Source: Candidatus Iainarchaeum sp.
GTDB lineage: Archaea; B1Sed10-29; WALL01
Length of the DNA: 64,000 bases
Direction of reading: 5' to 3'
Assembly (NCBI GenBank): GCA_021162685.1
Contig: JAGGYF010000026.1
Location: 1 to 64,000 of the forward strand
Each line of letters starts with the position of its first letter. Position 1 is the stretch's first letter. Below the pieces are notes generated by a model. That model worked only from the letters and a program-made list of their open reading frames with translations. It was not told the origin of the DNA and did not search any database. This document shows positions 20,267 through 30,442 of this stretch, in pieces. A program made the position numbers and the translations under genes.

Positions 20267-21178
20267 ATGTTGCTCTTTTTTTTATCACGTGAAAATCCTG
20301 AACTCGCAAAGGCAGAGGTTAAAGCATTGGTGGACAGGGTTATTGAGGAACATAATACATACATCATCGCTGAATCTGAGCCATGGAGGCGATTGCAACT
20401 CACAAGGTTTGTATGCAAGGTCCTTGACGAAAAAGAATTAGGCAGAATGAAATTAAAAAGGTTTGCTATAAGAGTAACAAGAATAAAAGGAGACGCTGAT
20501 AAAAGCAAAATAATCAAAAAAATTGCATCAAAAATAAACGGAAAGGTTGATCTTGAACATCCTGATGTTATCATAAGGGTTTTTGTTGACGGTGATAGGG
20601 AGATAATCACAGAGCAACTTTATGAATATACAACTGAGGAGATAAAGTGCAGGAATGTCAATGCCCGGCCGTTTTTTGTGCCAACATCGCTACAGCCAAA
20701 ATGGGCAAGAATCCTATTAAATCTTGCTGGGCTAAAAGAAGGAAACAGCATGCTTGATCCATTCTGTGGAGCAGGTGGAATACTGCTTGAGGCATGCACA
20801 CTTGGTATAGACGCAATGGGTATAGAACTTGACGAAAAATGCTATGAGGGATGTAAAGAAAACCTATGGTTCTATCATTGCGATGATGTTATTGTAGAAC
20901 ACAATGATTTTTTAGAATGGAAACCGAACAGGAGGTTTGATGCCATTGTTACTGACCTTCCATATGGAAAAAGTACTTCTCTGTTTGGTAGGGATATTGA
21001 TGAGTTGTATGAAAAAAGTTTTAAAAAAATGAGAGATATTTCAGATAAAATTGTGGTAGTTGGCCCAAAAGATTTGAGTAAGATATTGAAAAGATGCGAG
21101 TGGAACGTAGAGAATACATTTAGAGTGTATGTACATAAAAGTTTAGACAGATGGATACATGTTTGCGGATCAGAGTGA
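20267..21178 (+). CDS. trm11: tRNA (guanine10-N2)-methyltransferase (THUMP + MTase)
   Basis: KVDLEHPD, RPFF, LDPFCGAGG, TDLPYG and VHKSL motifs. Confidence 0.85.
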   Translation: MLLFFLSRENPELAKAEVKALVDRVIEEHNTYIIAESEPWRRLQLTRFVCKVLDEKELGRMKLKRFAIRVTRIKGDADKSKIIKKIASKINGKVDLEHPDVIIRVFVDGDREIITEQLYEYTTEEIKCRNVNARPFFVPTSLQPKWARILLNLAGLKEGNSMLDPFCGAGGILLEACTLGIDAMGIELDEKCYEGCKENLWFYHCDDVIVEHNDFLEWKPNRRFDAIVTDLPYGKSTSLFGRDIDELYEKSFKKMRDISDKIVVVGPKDLSKILKRCEWNVENTFRVYVHKSLDRWIHVCGSE

Positions 21179-21559
21179 GGAGAGATATCTTTTGTATTCA
21201 TTATATAATTTATTGACCTGTCTTTCCCCAACCCTCCTCTTCCCAAAACATTTATGTGGTACAAGTGCCCCAGAGAATGTTTTGGGTATATGCAACAATT
21301 CATGTAGTATTGTCTTCTCTTTTTCCTCTTTGTCCAGTTTATCAAATCGCTCGGAAACAACTTCTATTACATATGCAGGAGGGATAGACAATACCTGCTG
21401 CCAAACTCTTGGCAACTCCCATATCCTAGCAATTGCACTTGATCTGCTCCTATAACTGCGTACACAGAACACCCTATCTGTCTGGATGTGGGAAAGGTCC
21501 AATCCAATAACCAATTTGACAACAATCTCTTTAACGTCTGGGGCATTTTCCCATCTCAT
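21170..21559 (-). CDS. Small zincin-like metallopeptidase (COG4900-like)
   Basis: AIARIW, YVIEV and HELLHIP motifs. Confidence 0.8.
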   Translation of the reverse strand: MRWENAPDVKEIVVKLVIGLDLSHIQTDRVFCVRSYRSRSSAIARIWELPRVWQQVLSIPPAYVIEVVSERFDKLDKEEKEKTILHELLHIPKTFSGALVPHKCFGKRRVGERQVNKLYNEYKRYLSSL

Positions 21560-22830
21560 TTTCCCACAATCCTCCCTTCAAACAGTATCTTTGGTCCCCT
21601 GTACCATCCCCTAATCACATCCTCCTTGTGAAAACCTTTTATATTCTTCATTATGTCAAAGAAATTTCCAACAAGCATGCATCCACGTATGGGTTTGGTC
21701 AGCTCTCCATGTTCAACAAAAAACCCTGTGGATATGCTCAATGCAAAGTCGCCAGTCATAGGATTAAGATTATGAAATCCCATAAGTTCCCTTACATATA
21801 CTGCTTTTTCAGTATCAAACACGTTCTCCCTATGCTTTGGCTTCATGACAATGTTTGTTACACTTATATTTGGCAATCCAGAAAATCCGCTTCTGAATCC
21901 ATTACCTGTGCTCTCTTTTTTCACAAGGTTTGCTGTCCGTGTATCATAAAGAAAAGAGTGCAGCACACCTCTATCTATAATTGGCTTTCGTGTGCATGGG
22001 ACTCCCTCATCATCAAACGAGGATGTGCCAATCCCCCATGGGATAAATGGATCATCGTATATTGTCACTGACTCTGACATGACTGTTTCCCCGATTTTGT
22101 CTGTCCATATAGACTTCTTTCTCCTTACATTCTCTCCATTTATTGCTGGAATGATAACTACACCAAAAAACTCTTGAAACGCATCTACACCAAGAATAAT
22201 ATCTCCACCAAATGTTACTGGTTTTGCACCAACTGACTTGTTTGCAATTGCAGCTGCATGTCTTCCTACATCTTCCATATCAAAACCGCAAGACTTTGAT
22301 AAGAAGTATTCTGAGCCTGTTGCCTCCTTCTTTTTAGCAACAACATAGGCAAAGCCAAGCGAGTCATCTGCTTTTACGTCTATGCCTTCTGAATTCACGA
22401 TATGTGTGTGAGAAATGGTAACTGAGACTTCTGCTTGGTTTGGCTCTGCCCCTCCTTCTTCAACACCCTGCATAAGAAGGAAGAGCTGATTTACCAATTT
22501 ATTTTCATCAATATCTAAGTATGATCTGTCTAATGTTTTTACACGTCTATAACGCTTCTTTGTTGGAAGTGAATACCTCTCTTTCTTTGAAAGTTTTGCT
22601 GTTTTTACTGCTTGCTTTATTGCATGTTCTGCATGTTTCTCATCTGAAAAATAAGAAAACCCTATTGCACCATTCTTTACAACCCTTAATCCGTAGCCAG
22701 ATGCATAGAGGGTTTTTAATGTTTCTATCTTATCCAGAGTACTCCTCGCAAGAATTGTTTTTGATGATGAATGGAAAAGTTCTGCTTGGTCAACATATCT
22801 AAGCGACTTGTTGAGTATTTTCTCCATCAT
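21556..22830 (-). CDS. tldE: TldE/PmbA family protein
   Basis: GLRVV, FDDEG, STGN and TGDF motifs; lacks HExxGH. Confidence 0.88.
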   Translation of the reverse strand: MMEKILNKSLRYVDQAELFHSSSKTILARSTLDKIETLKTLYASGYGLRVVKNGAIGFSYFSDEKHAEHAIKQAVKTAKLSKKERYSLPTKKRYRRVKTLDRSYLDIDENKLVNQLFLLMQGVEEGGAEPNQAEVSVTISHTHIVNSEGIDVKADDSLGFAYVVAKKKEATGSEYFLSKSCGFDMEDVGRHAAAIANKSVGAKPVTFGGDIILGVDAFQEFFGVVIIPAINGENVRRKKSIWTDKIGETVMSESVTIYDDPFIPWGIGTSSFDDEGVPCTRKPIIDRGVLHSFLYDTRTANLVKKESTGNGFRSGFSGLPNISVTNIVMKPKHRENVFDTEKAVYVRELMGFHNLNPMTGDFALSISTGFFVEHGELTKPIRGCMLVGNFFDIMKNIKGFHKEDVIRGWYRGPKILFEGRIVGK

Positions 22831-24191
22831 CCACCCACCAATATTTCACCTATACGAAGGTATGGTCCCCCATCTGAAACAGGAACGTATTGGCCTGCCT
22901 TCCCACATAAGCCTGGATTCCCAACACGAAATTCTTTACTTGCCATCTCCACCCTTTTTAATGTTCTTAGGATATTACCAACAAGTACTATGTCCCTTAA
23001 TGGTTTTGTCTTTTCGCCATTTTCTATGAGATAACCATATTCTGCAGCAAATTGAAAATATCCTGTATTTGTCTCTGTAACCCCTCCCCTCATTCCATGC
23101 ACATAGATTCCTCTTTTTATTCCACTAAACAATTCATCAAGGGATGCATCTCCCCTCTCAAAAAATGTATTGCTCATTCTAACAATTGGAAAGGAATCTG
23201 TTGACTGAGCCCTTGCATTACCTGTTGGAGAGGTATTCATCTTTGCTGCTGTCTCTCTTGAATGAAGGAATTGTTTTAATCTTCCCTCATTGACTAATAC
23301 CTTTCTCTGAGCTTTTGTGCCTTCTGCATCATATGGATATGAACCAAACAACTTTGGCAATGTTGCATCATCTACTATTGTAACAGCTCTACTGCCTATT
23401 CTGCAATTCATCTTCTTCTCAAGGACGCTTTTTCCTGTTAGAACCGTATCTGCTTCACATGCGTGACCAATTGCTTCATGTGCGAGAACTCCTGCCATCT
23501 TTGGGTCAATAACAACTGGCATCCTTCCCTTTGAAGGAAGTTCTGACTGTAATAGGAGAAGTGCCATACCTACTGCCCTATCAACAAGTTCCTCTTTACC
23601 ATCTAATATTTCAACTCCTATGTGGCCTGCATCCCTCTCATCCGCACTTAATACCTTTCCTTCCTTTTTTGAAAATGCCTCAAATACAAAAGATGAACGC
23701 ACAAACCTATGTACTATGTCTGCGCCTTCTGAATTCAGATAGTAGCGGGTTCCGTATCCCTCCATAAATTGTATATCTGTTGTCATTATGTGCTTTTCTT
23801 GCTTTGCATGTTTTGAGAGCTCCCTGCATCGCCTAACCTTATCCTCTATTGCAACATCTGACGGGTGTATCCTAACTTTATCATTAACGACATCCGAAAC
23901 AGGATTATTTTCCGCTAGTTTTACATTCAAACTCCTCTTTGATGAAACTTTAGCTAATTTCTTTGCTGATTTTATACATGCTTCTAAATCCTCTACCCTG
24001 TTTGATGCTGCAAATCCCCATGAATTATTTCTGAGAACACGAACACCAAAACCTACTGACGACCCTGTTTTTACAAGTTTTACCTCCTTGCCTTTGATAG
24101 TAATTGCGTTTGTAAAATTCTCAACTGCATTTATCTCAATGAATTGAACTCCCCTGACGTTATTGAGCACTCTCTCTAATGTGTCATGCAT
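22827..24191 (-). CDS. tldD: TldD metalloprotease
   Basis: HEAIGH, YDAEG, RMSNT and CGKAGQ motifs. Confidence 0.92.
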   Translation of the reverse strand: MHDTLERVLNNVRGVQFIEINAVENFTNAITIKGKEVKLVKTGSSVGFGVRVLRNNSWGFAASNRVEDLEACIKSAKKLAKVSSKRSLNVKLAENNPVSDVVNDKVRIHPSDVAIEDKVRRCRELSKHAKQEKHIMTTDIQFMEGYGTRYYLNSEGADIVHRFVRSSFVFEAFSKKEGKVLSADERDAGHIGVEILDGKEELVDRAVGMALLLLQSELPSKGRMPVVIDPKMAGVLAHEAIGHACEADTVLTGKSVLEKKMNCRIGSRAVTIVDDATLPKLFGSYPYDAEGTKAQRKVLVNEGRLKQFLHSRETAAKMNTSPTGNARAQSTDSFPIVRMSNTFFERGDASLDELFSGIKRGIYVHGMRGGVTETNTGYFQFAAEYGYLIENGEKTKPLRDIVLVGNILRTLKRVEMASKEFRVGNPGLCGKAGQYVPVSDGGPYLRIGEILVGG

Positions 24192-24196
24192 TTACA

Positions 24197-25513
24197 TTAC
24201 CCAACAAACTTCCCTTTATCAATAAGAAGCTTTCCATCTGCGTATACCTTGCCTTTGTATATTGGTTTTATGAAATCGTGGTGCGCAGATGCTTGATTCT
24301 TTCCGCCATACCCGATATTCCATCCAACAGCAATGTGTATTGTTCCAAGTATCTTCTCATCTATAAGGATATACCCATTTGTGTATTCTGCCCCCCTATT
24401 GCACCCTATACCAAATTCTGCTATTCTCCTTATTGCCCCTGTGTTTTCCTTAAAGAACCTGTCAAGTAGTTTTCCATTTCTTTTTGCTTTATAGTCAACA
24501 ACCTCTCCCTTACTGAAATGCAACATAAGTCCCTTGACGACACCATATCCATTCAATGATGTTTCTGGGATGTACAATGAACCTTCCGCACTATTCTCAA
24601 CAGGGGCTACGAAAACCTCTCCAGCAGGGATATTCATACCTATATCATTATTCTTTATATCCTCGTCACTGAGTATACCATCATCCTTCAGATACCGCCT
24701 GCCCTTTGTGGAGAAAGTGAAATCTGTCCCCTTATCACATACAATATGTATCTCATCTGACCCATCAAATGCCTTATGATATCTTTCAATAAGTGCAATC
24801 GTTCTTTTATCATAACTCCATTTTATTGCATTGAACATTATCCTCTTGAAGCGTTTTGGAGGTATCCTGAGCTCTCTCGCAATCTGTGGGTGTGGCCATC
24901 CTACATAGACCCATCTCTCTTTATTTCTGTCTCTCAATTGGTAGACCCTTTGACTTACAGGAGCATGTAACTTAAATCTAATTGCAGGTACTCCCTTCTT
25001 CCAGAACTCACTTTCAACTGAATCTATGTGGATAACATAATCTGTACTTGTTGCCAATGCTCTCCTAACATCTGAAAGCTCGGTTAATGATTCAAGTGGG
25101 CATAGCACATATGAATCCCTTACTCTCTTTGCTGTGTTTTCAAGCATGATTGTATGCGCACCATTTCTCCAACATTGCCTCTCAACCTCCAATGCGAGCT
25201 CCTTATTTGCAGGATTGCAAGCTATGAGGACAGAATGCCCCACTGTCTTCTTAACCTTGTACTTTCTTCCCTTCTTTAATACTAATGGACCAAAATCAAC
25301 ATCCTGCAATTCCTCCAAAATTTTCTCTGCGTCCTTCCTAACCTTTTTTGCTTCGTCCAATGTAAACTCATCCCTTCTCAGCATCCAGTCAACAAAACGC
25401 TTATACTTCCTCCTTGCCTTTGCTATACCTTTTTTGTTCTCTTTAAGTCCAATCCTCATAGAAGTGGTAACTATATTTTTTGCAAGTGTTTTATAATCCA
25501 CAAAATCACCCAT
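24197..25513 (-). CDS. M29 (AmpS/AmpT-like) aminopeptidase with N-terminal insertion
   Basis: NIPAGEVFVAP, AEFGIG, DEKILGTIHIAVG and SAHHDF motifs. Confidence 0.88.
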   Translation of the reverse strand: MGDFVDYKTLAKNIVTTSMRIGLKENKKGIAKARRKYKRFVDWMLRRDEFTLDEAKKVRKDAEKILEELQDVDFGPLVLKKGRKYKVKKTVGHSVLIACNPANKELALEVERQCWRNGAHTIMLENTAKRVRDSYVLCPLESLTELSDVRRALATSTDYVIHIDSVESEFWKKGVPAIRFKLHAPVSQRVYQLRDRNKERWVYVGWPHPQIARELRIPPKRFKRIMFNAIKWSYDKRTIALIERYHKAFDGSDEIHIVCDKGTDFTFSTKGRRYLKDDGILSDEDIKNNDIGMNIPAGEVFVAPVENSAEGSLYIPETSLNGYGVVKGLMLHFSKGEVVDYKAKRNGKLLDRFFKENTGAIRRIAEFGIGCNRGAEYTNGYILIDEKILGTIHIAVGWNIGYGGKNQASAHHDFIKPIYKGKVYADGKLLIDKGKFVG

Positions 25514-25548
25514 AGGTTTTAAACCAAAGAAGTTAAAAAAAGTATTGT

Positions 25549-26451
25549 ATGAGGGTTGAGGTTGTTTTTTTAGGCACGTCATCAACAATACCAACAGCTG
25601 AGAGGAACCACTCTGCTATATACTTAAGATATGGCGCAGACAGAATGTTGTTTGATTGCGGTGAGGGCACACAGAGACAGATGACTATTGCGAAACTTAG
25701 TGCAATGAAACTAAAATACATCTTCATAACACATATGGATGGCGACCACTTCTTAGGATTGCCTGGCATCCTACAAACGTGTTCTATGCGGGAGAGGGAG
25801 GCGCCTTTGGAGATATTTGGCCCAAAAGGCATAAAAAAGCACGTTAAACTTGCCATTGACCTCAGCCCATTTAATCTGTCATTTGATGTCAATATCCATG
25901 AAAGTGATGACAGAATTATTGTTGAAAACGAGCAATACCTCATCAAAACATTTCCTGTGATACATAGAGAACACTCAGTTGGGTATGCATTCATAGAAAA
26001 AGACATCATCAATATCAATGAGGAGAAATTGAAACGCATTGGGATAAAACCTGGTCCATTATATAGAAAGATAAAAGAGGGAAAAGAGATTGAATGGCAG
26101 GGTAAGAAGATATCCCCAGAAGATTATATAATAAGGAAGAAAGGAATTAAAATAGTCTATTCTGGAGACACAGCATACTGCGAACGAGTTATTAAAGAAT
26201 CGGAAAATGCAGATATTTTGATCCATGAGGCAACATTTGCACAAGACATAAAACAGAGAGCAATAGAGACAAAACACAGCACAGCAAGAGATGCAGGTCT
26301 TGTTGCAAGGCAAGCAAATGTTAAGCAACTGGTTTTAACGCACTTCTCCTCCAGGTACAAAAACGAGGAATTGCATAAATTATTGAATGATGCGAAAAAG
26401 GAATTTGATAATGTAATCCTTGCCAAAGATTTCATGAGAATTGAGATATAG
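25549..26451 (+). CDS. rnz: Ribonuclease Z
   Basis: DCGEGTQ, THMDGDH, GP-rich exosite, HEAT and HFSSRY motifs. Confidence 0.93.
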   Translation: MRVEVVFLGTSSTIPTAERNHSAIYLRYGADRMLFDCGEGTQRQMTIAKLSAMKLKYIFITHMDGDHFLGLPGILQTCSMREREAPLEIFGPKGIKKHVKLAIDLSPFNLSFDVNIHESDDRIIVENEQYLIKTFPVIHREHSVGYAFIEKDIININEEKLKRIGIKPGPLYRKIKEGKEIEWQGKKISPEDYIIRKKGIKIVYSGDTAYCERVIKESENADILIHEATFAQDIKQRAIETKHSTARDAGLVARQANVKQLVLTHFSSRYKNEELHKLLNDAKKEFDNVILAKDFMRIEI

Positions 26452-26494
26452 AAAAGCCAAATCTTAATATACTGGAAATGGCTAAAATACCACT

Positions 26495-27295
26495 ATGCGT
26501 ACCTATTTGGTTATACTCTGCCTGGTATTGGTATTATCCTCTGCATTCGCAAGCCAGATAACAAAACATGATATAAGAATAACAATGAAAGAAGATGGGA
26601 GTGCGTACATTGAGGAGGAGTATCTCCTTAGGCTCACAAGTGATGAGAGAGGAGTATTCAAAACTATTATGAACAAGGAATCACCATCTATTGATGATTG
26701 GTCTGTTTTTGGAATAAAGAAAAGCATAATATCACAAACAAAGGAAGAAAACGTAATCCCAGAGATGACACAGTCAGATGTTGCTGTTGTTACCCTGCAA
26801 TATACAACAAATAAGATTGTAAAAGAGGTTGAGAAAAGAGGTAAAGAACGTTTAGTTGGTATAACAGAGTCCCTATTCACATTTTATGATGGAAAAAAGA
26901 TTTCACTACCATATGACCCTCCGACTACATTAGTAATACTTGTTCCAAATACATTGAGGGTTAGTGGTGAGATCACTCCCCCTCCTTTCTCAACAACCCA
27001 ACAGATAGGAAGTGATGGAAAATTATACACAGTGTATGAATGGAATTATAGAAGGCCATTCAGTTCAGATAAATTTAGACTACTCTATAGTGAAGAGTTG
27101 ACAATTCAGAGCCAATTATCGCCAGAATTGTTGCTGAAGGAATTTGAGGAAAAGTATGGTAACCCAGTATATATCTTTGCAGCAGTTATTATCTTAGGCA
27201 TTTTGGTGTGGTACAGAAAACAAATTATTGGCATAGTAACAGAGGCCTTTTCTGGAGAACCTGTTTTTGAAGAAGAGATAGAAGAAGAAGCGTGA
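26495..27295 (+). CDS. Secreted protein with C-terminal membrane anchor
   Basis: Signal peptide ending SAFA, beta-rich body, C-terminal TM segment and acidic tail. Confidence 0.65.
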   Translation: MRTYLVILCLVLVLSSAFASQITKHDIRITMKEDGSAYIEEEYLLRLTSDERGVFKTIMNKESPSIDDWSVFGIKKSIISQTKEENVIPEMTQSDVAVVTLQYTTNKIVKEVEKRGKERLVGITESLFTFYDGKKISLPYDPPTTLVILVPNTLRVSGEITPPPFSTTQQIGSDGKLYTVYEWNYRRPFSSDKFRLLYSEELTIQSQLSPELLLKEFEEKYGNPVYIFAAVIILGILVWYRKQIIGIVTEAFSGEPVFEEEIEEEA

Positions 27296-27299
27296 GTCT

Positions 27300-28811
27300 A
27301 TGGGGATTGATGATATAAAGCAGAGTTTGCATGATGATGAGAAGAAGGTATTGCTAGCACTAAAAGGTAAAAAAAAGATGAGTGAATCCGAGATTGCAAG
27401 ATTAACTGGGATGCCATTGGCATCTGTATCTCACGCATCGCTATGGTTATACTCAAAAGGCCTCGTAAACATCAATGAAAAAAGGTTAAAATACATTGAA
27501 TTAAATGATGAAGGAAAACAATATCTAAAGAAAGGTCTGCCAGAACGAAGAGCAATAAATGCAATTGGGAAAAAAGAAATTTTAGTGAAAGATGTTGAAG
27601 ATGCCATTGGGAAAAATGTATTTAAGATTGCAATAGCATGGCTTATGAGAAATGGATTAGCAACAATATCAAACGGAAAGATAAAACTAACTGACGCTGG
27701 ACTAAAAGCACTGAAATCAAAGATGGACACTGAAAAAGCGATTGGGTTGCTAAAAACAAGGAAGAGTATAGACGAGATACCTGAAAATGCACTCAAAATA
27801 ATTGAAAAAAGGGGCAAGGTAATAAATAAAACAGAGGAAACGTTGAGAACAATAGAACTGACTGACAAAGGAAAAGATATTATAAAATCTGGCATAGAGA
27901 TTGGAAAAGACATTAATGTTCTGACAACAAAACACATAGAGAATTGGAAGAAGTACACATTCAGACCTTACAATATAAAGGCAGAGGCGCCTCCATTGAA
28001 GATAGGGAAGGGACAGCCATATAAGGCAATGCTTGATGAGGCAAGAGATCACCTTACATCAATGGGCTTTGTTGAGGTCAGAGGACCCATTATAGAAACG
28101 GAATTCTGGAACTTTGATGCTCTTTTCCAGCCTCAGTTCCATCCAGCAAGAAGTATGAGTGACACATATTATATAAAAAAGCCGAAGAAGGGGGAGCTCC
28201 CAAAAGGATATTCTGATCTTGTAAGGAAGACTCATGAGAATGGATGGAAAACAGGGAGCACTGGATGGAGATACACCTGGGATCCAGAAAAGGCAAAGAG
28301 GCTTATTCTAAGAACACATACAACTGCTGTTTCGGTCAGAACAATGGTTAAAAATAATGGGATAATTCCTGGAAAATATTTCACAATAGCTAGGAATTTT
28401 AGGCATGATGTAATTGATGCTACACATCTCCCAGAATTCTACCAATGCGAGGGTATTGTAGTTGAAGAGAACATGACATTCAAAAATCTTCTTGGCATGT
28501 TGAAGGAATTCGCAATGGAATTCGCCCATGCAAAAAAGGTCAGGTTCCAACCATCATACTTCCCATATACAGAACCATCTGTTGAGCTGTTTGCAAAACA
28601 CCCAAAAATAGGATGGATTGAATTAGGTGGAGCAGGAATGTTCAGACCAGAGGTCAGGTTGCCAACAGGTATAGATTGTGAAGTGATGGCTTGGGGTCTT
28701 GGGTTTGACAGGTTGTCTATGCTAAAACTTGGGATAAATGACATAAGGCAGTTGTTCTCAACAGACCTGAAATGGTTAGAGGACACAAAGATAAGGTATG
28801 AGTGGGTGTAG
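27300..28811 (+). CDS. pheS: Phenylalanine-tRNA ligase alpha subunit
   Basis: FWNFDALFQPQFHPAR, LRTHTT, FPYTEPS and GLGFDRL motifs; archaeal N-terminal extension. Confidence 0.97.
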   Translation: MGIDDIKQSLHDDEKKVLLALKGKKKMSESEIARLTGMPLASVSHASLWLYSKGLVNINEKRLKYIELNDEGKQYLKKGLPERRAINAIGKKEILVKDVEDAIGKNVFKIAIAWLMRNGLATISNGKIKLTDAGLKALKSKMDTEKAIGLLKTRKSIDEIPENALKIIEKRGKVINKTEETLRTIELTDKGKDIIKSGIEIGKDINVLTTKHIENWKKYTFRPYNIKAEAPPLKIGKGQPYKAMLDEARDHLTSMGFVEVRGPIIETEFWNFDALFQPQFHPARSMSDTYYIKKPKKGELPKGYSDLVRKTHENGWKTGSTGWRYTWDPEKAKRLILRTHTTAVSVRTMVKNNGIIPGKYFTIARNFRHDVIDATHLPEFYQCEGIVVEENMTFKNLLGMLKEFAMEFAHAKKVRFQPSYFPYTEPSVELFAKHPKIGWIELGGAGMFRPEVRLPTGIDCEVMAWGLGFDRLSMLKLGINDIRQLFSTDLKWLEDTKIRYEWV

Positions 28812-28813
28812 AG

Positions 28814-30439
28814 ATGCCAAAGATATCAATAAACTACTGGGATCTTGTACATCTCGTCGGTAGAGAACTCTCTATAAAGGAGTTGGAGGATATCTTCCCA
28901 AATATAAAATGTGAATGGGTCTCATCTGATGGGGAAACCATAGAGCTTGAAACCACCCATGAACGGCCTGATCTTATAAGTACAGAAGGCATTGCAAGAG
29001 CGCTTAGGGCGTATCTTGGTATTGAGAGTGGTCTCAAACAATTCAAATTTAAGAGGAGTGGGTTGAAGGCAATTGTGGATAAAAGCGTTATACCAGAAAG
29101 GCCACATAGTAGGATGTTTATTGTTAAGGATGTGAGTATGACATCTGCTCTCATAGAACAACTTATGCAGATGCAGGAGAAATTACACCTTATATATACA
29201 AACAACAGAAGGGACGCATCCATCGGGGTTTATGATTTAGACACATTTAAATGGCCCATCACATACTGCGCAAAGGATGACTACAGATTCGTACCATTGG
29301 GTGAGACAGAGGAGATGAGCTGCAAGGAGGTTTTAGAAAAAACAGAGAAGGGCAGAGAGTATGCACATCTTATTGGGAAAAAATATCCGCTGATAATTGA
29401 CGCAGAAGGAAAGGTTTTGTCAATGCCCCCAATACTAAACAGTGAGGACACAAAACTAACTGCTGAAACAAAAAACCTGTTTGTGGATGTATCTGGAATG
29501 GATGAAAAGACTGTTGAAAAAATCGCAACATTAATGGCTGTTGCATTAGCAGAGCGTGGCAATGTTGAAACAGTTACTATGGAATACCCAAAGAGAAAGA
29601 TAGAGAGTCCAGAACTAAAAACTGAGGTTAGGAAGGTTTCGCATCAATACATTAACAAGTTACTTGGAACATCATTTGATACAGGTGAGATGGTCAGACT
29701 TCTTGAAAAAATGGGGTTTGGAGCAAAAGCAGAGGGCAATAACATAAATGTTAGAATACCATGTTACCGCTTTGATGTCCTACATGATTGTGACATTGCT
29801 GAAGAGATAGCTATTGCATACGGATACAATAGGTTAGAGCCCATCTTGCCAAAAGTATCAACTATCGGAAGAAGGCATCCTGTTGAGAGATTATCTGAAC
29901 AGATAAGGGAGATAATGATTGGTGCTGGATTCCAGGAAGTACTAACATACATACTATGTAGCAAAGAATTGATGGAAAAAGCCAATTTTTCTGGATTTGT
30001 TGAGATCATAAACCCTGTAAGTGAAGAGTACAACTGTGTACGAAACTCTCTCATACCAAGACATCTTGATGTTTTGCACAATAACAAGCATCACCCATTA
30101 CCACATAAGATATTTGAGGTTGAGGATTGTGTTGAAGTTCATGGAAATAAAACTGAGACTGTAAGAAAACTATGCGTCATGATGATAGACCATGGCATAA
30201 CGTTCACGAACATGAAAAGTTTGCTTCAAGTGCTCATGAAGAATTTAGGCTATGAGTATAGTATATCAGAGATAAAACATCCAGCATTTTTAGAGGGTAG
30301 GACAGGAAAAATAAAGATATCTGGAAAAGATGTTGGTATTATTGGAGAAGTCCACCCAGAAGTGCTCAACAGATTTGAACTTAAACATCCAGTTGTAGCA
30401 ATGGAAATAAACATAGAAAAAATAATAGAAAGAGGGTGA
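28814..30439 (+). CDS. pheT: Phenylalanine-tRNA ligase beta subunit
   Basis: RPDL, SMPPILNS, RFDVLHDCDIAEEIAIAYGY and GEVHPEVL motifs. Confidence 0.97.
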   Translation: MPKISINYWDLVHLVGRELSIKELEDIFPNIKCEWVSSDGETIELETTHERPDLISTEGIARALRAYLGIESGLKQFKFKRSGLKAIVDKSVIPERPHSRMFIVKDVSMTSALIEQLMQMQEKLHLIYTNNRRDASIGVYDLDTFKWPITYCAKDDYRFVPLGETEEMSCKEVLEKTEKGREYAHLIGKKYPLIIDAEGKVLSMPPILNSEDTKLTAETKNLFVDVSGMDEKTVEKIATLMAVALAERGNVETVTMEYPKRKIESPELKTEVRKVSHQYINKLLGTSFDTGEMVRLLEKMGFGAKAEGNNINVRIPCYRFDVLHDCDIAEEIAIAYGYNRLEPILPKVSTIGRRHPVERLSEQIREIMIGAGFQEVLTYILCSKELMEKANFSGFVEIINPVSEEYNCVRNSLIPRHLDVLHNNKHHPLPHKIFEVEDCVEVHGNKTETVRKLCVMMIDHGITFTNMKSLLQVLMKNLGYEYSISEIKHPAFLEGRTGKIKISGKDVGIIGEVHPEVLNRFELKHPVVAMEINIEKIIERG

Positions 30440-30442
30440 AGA

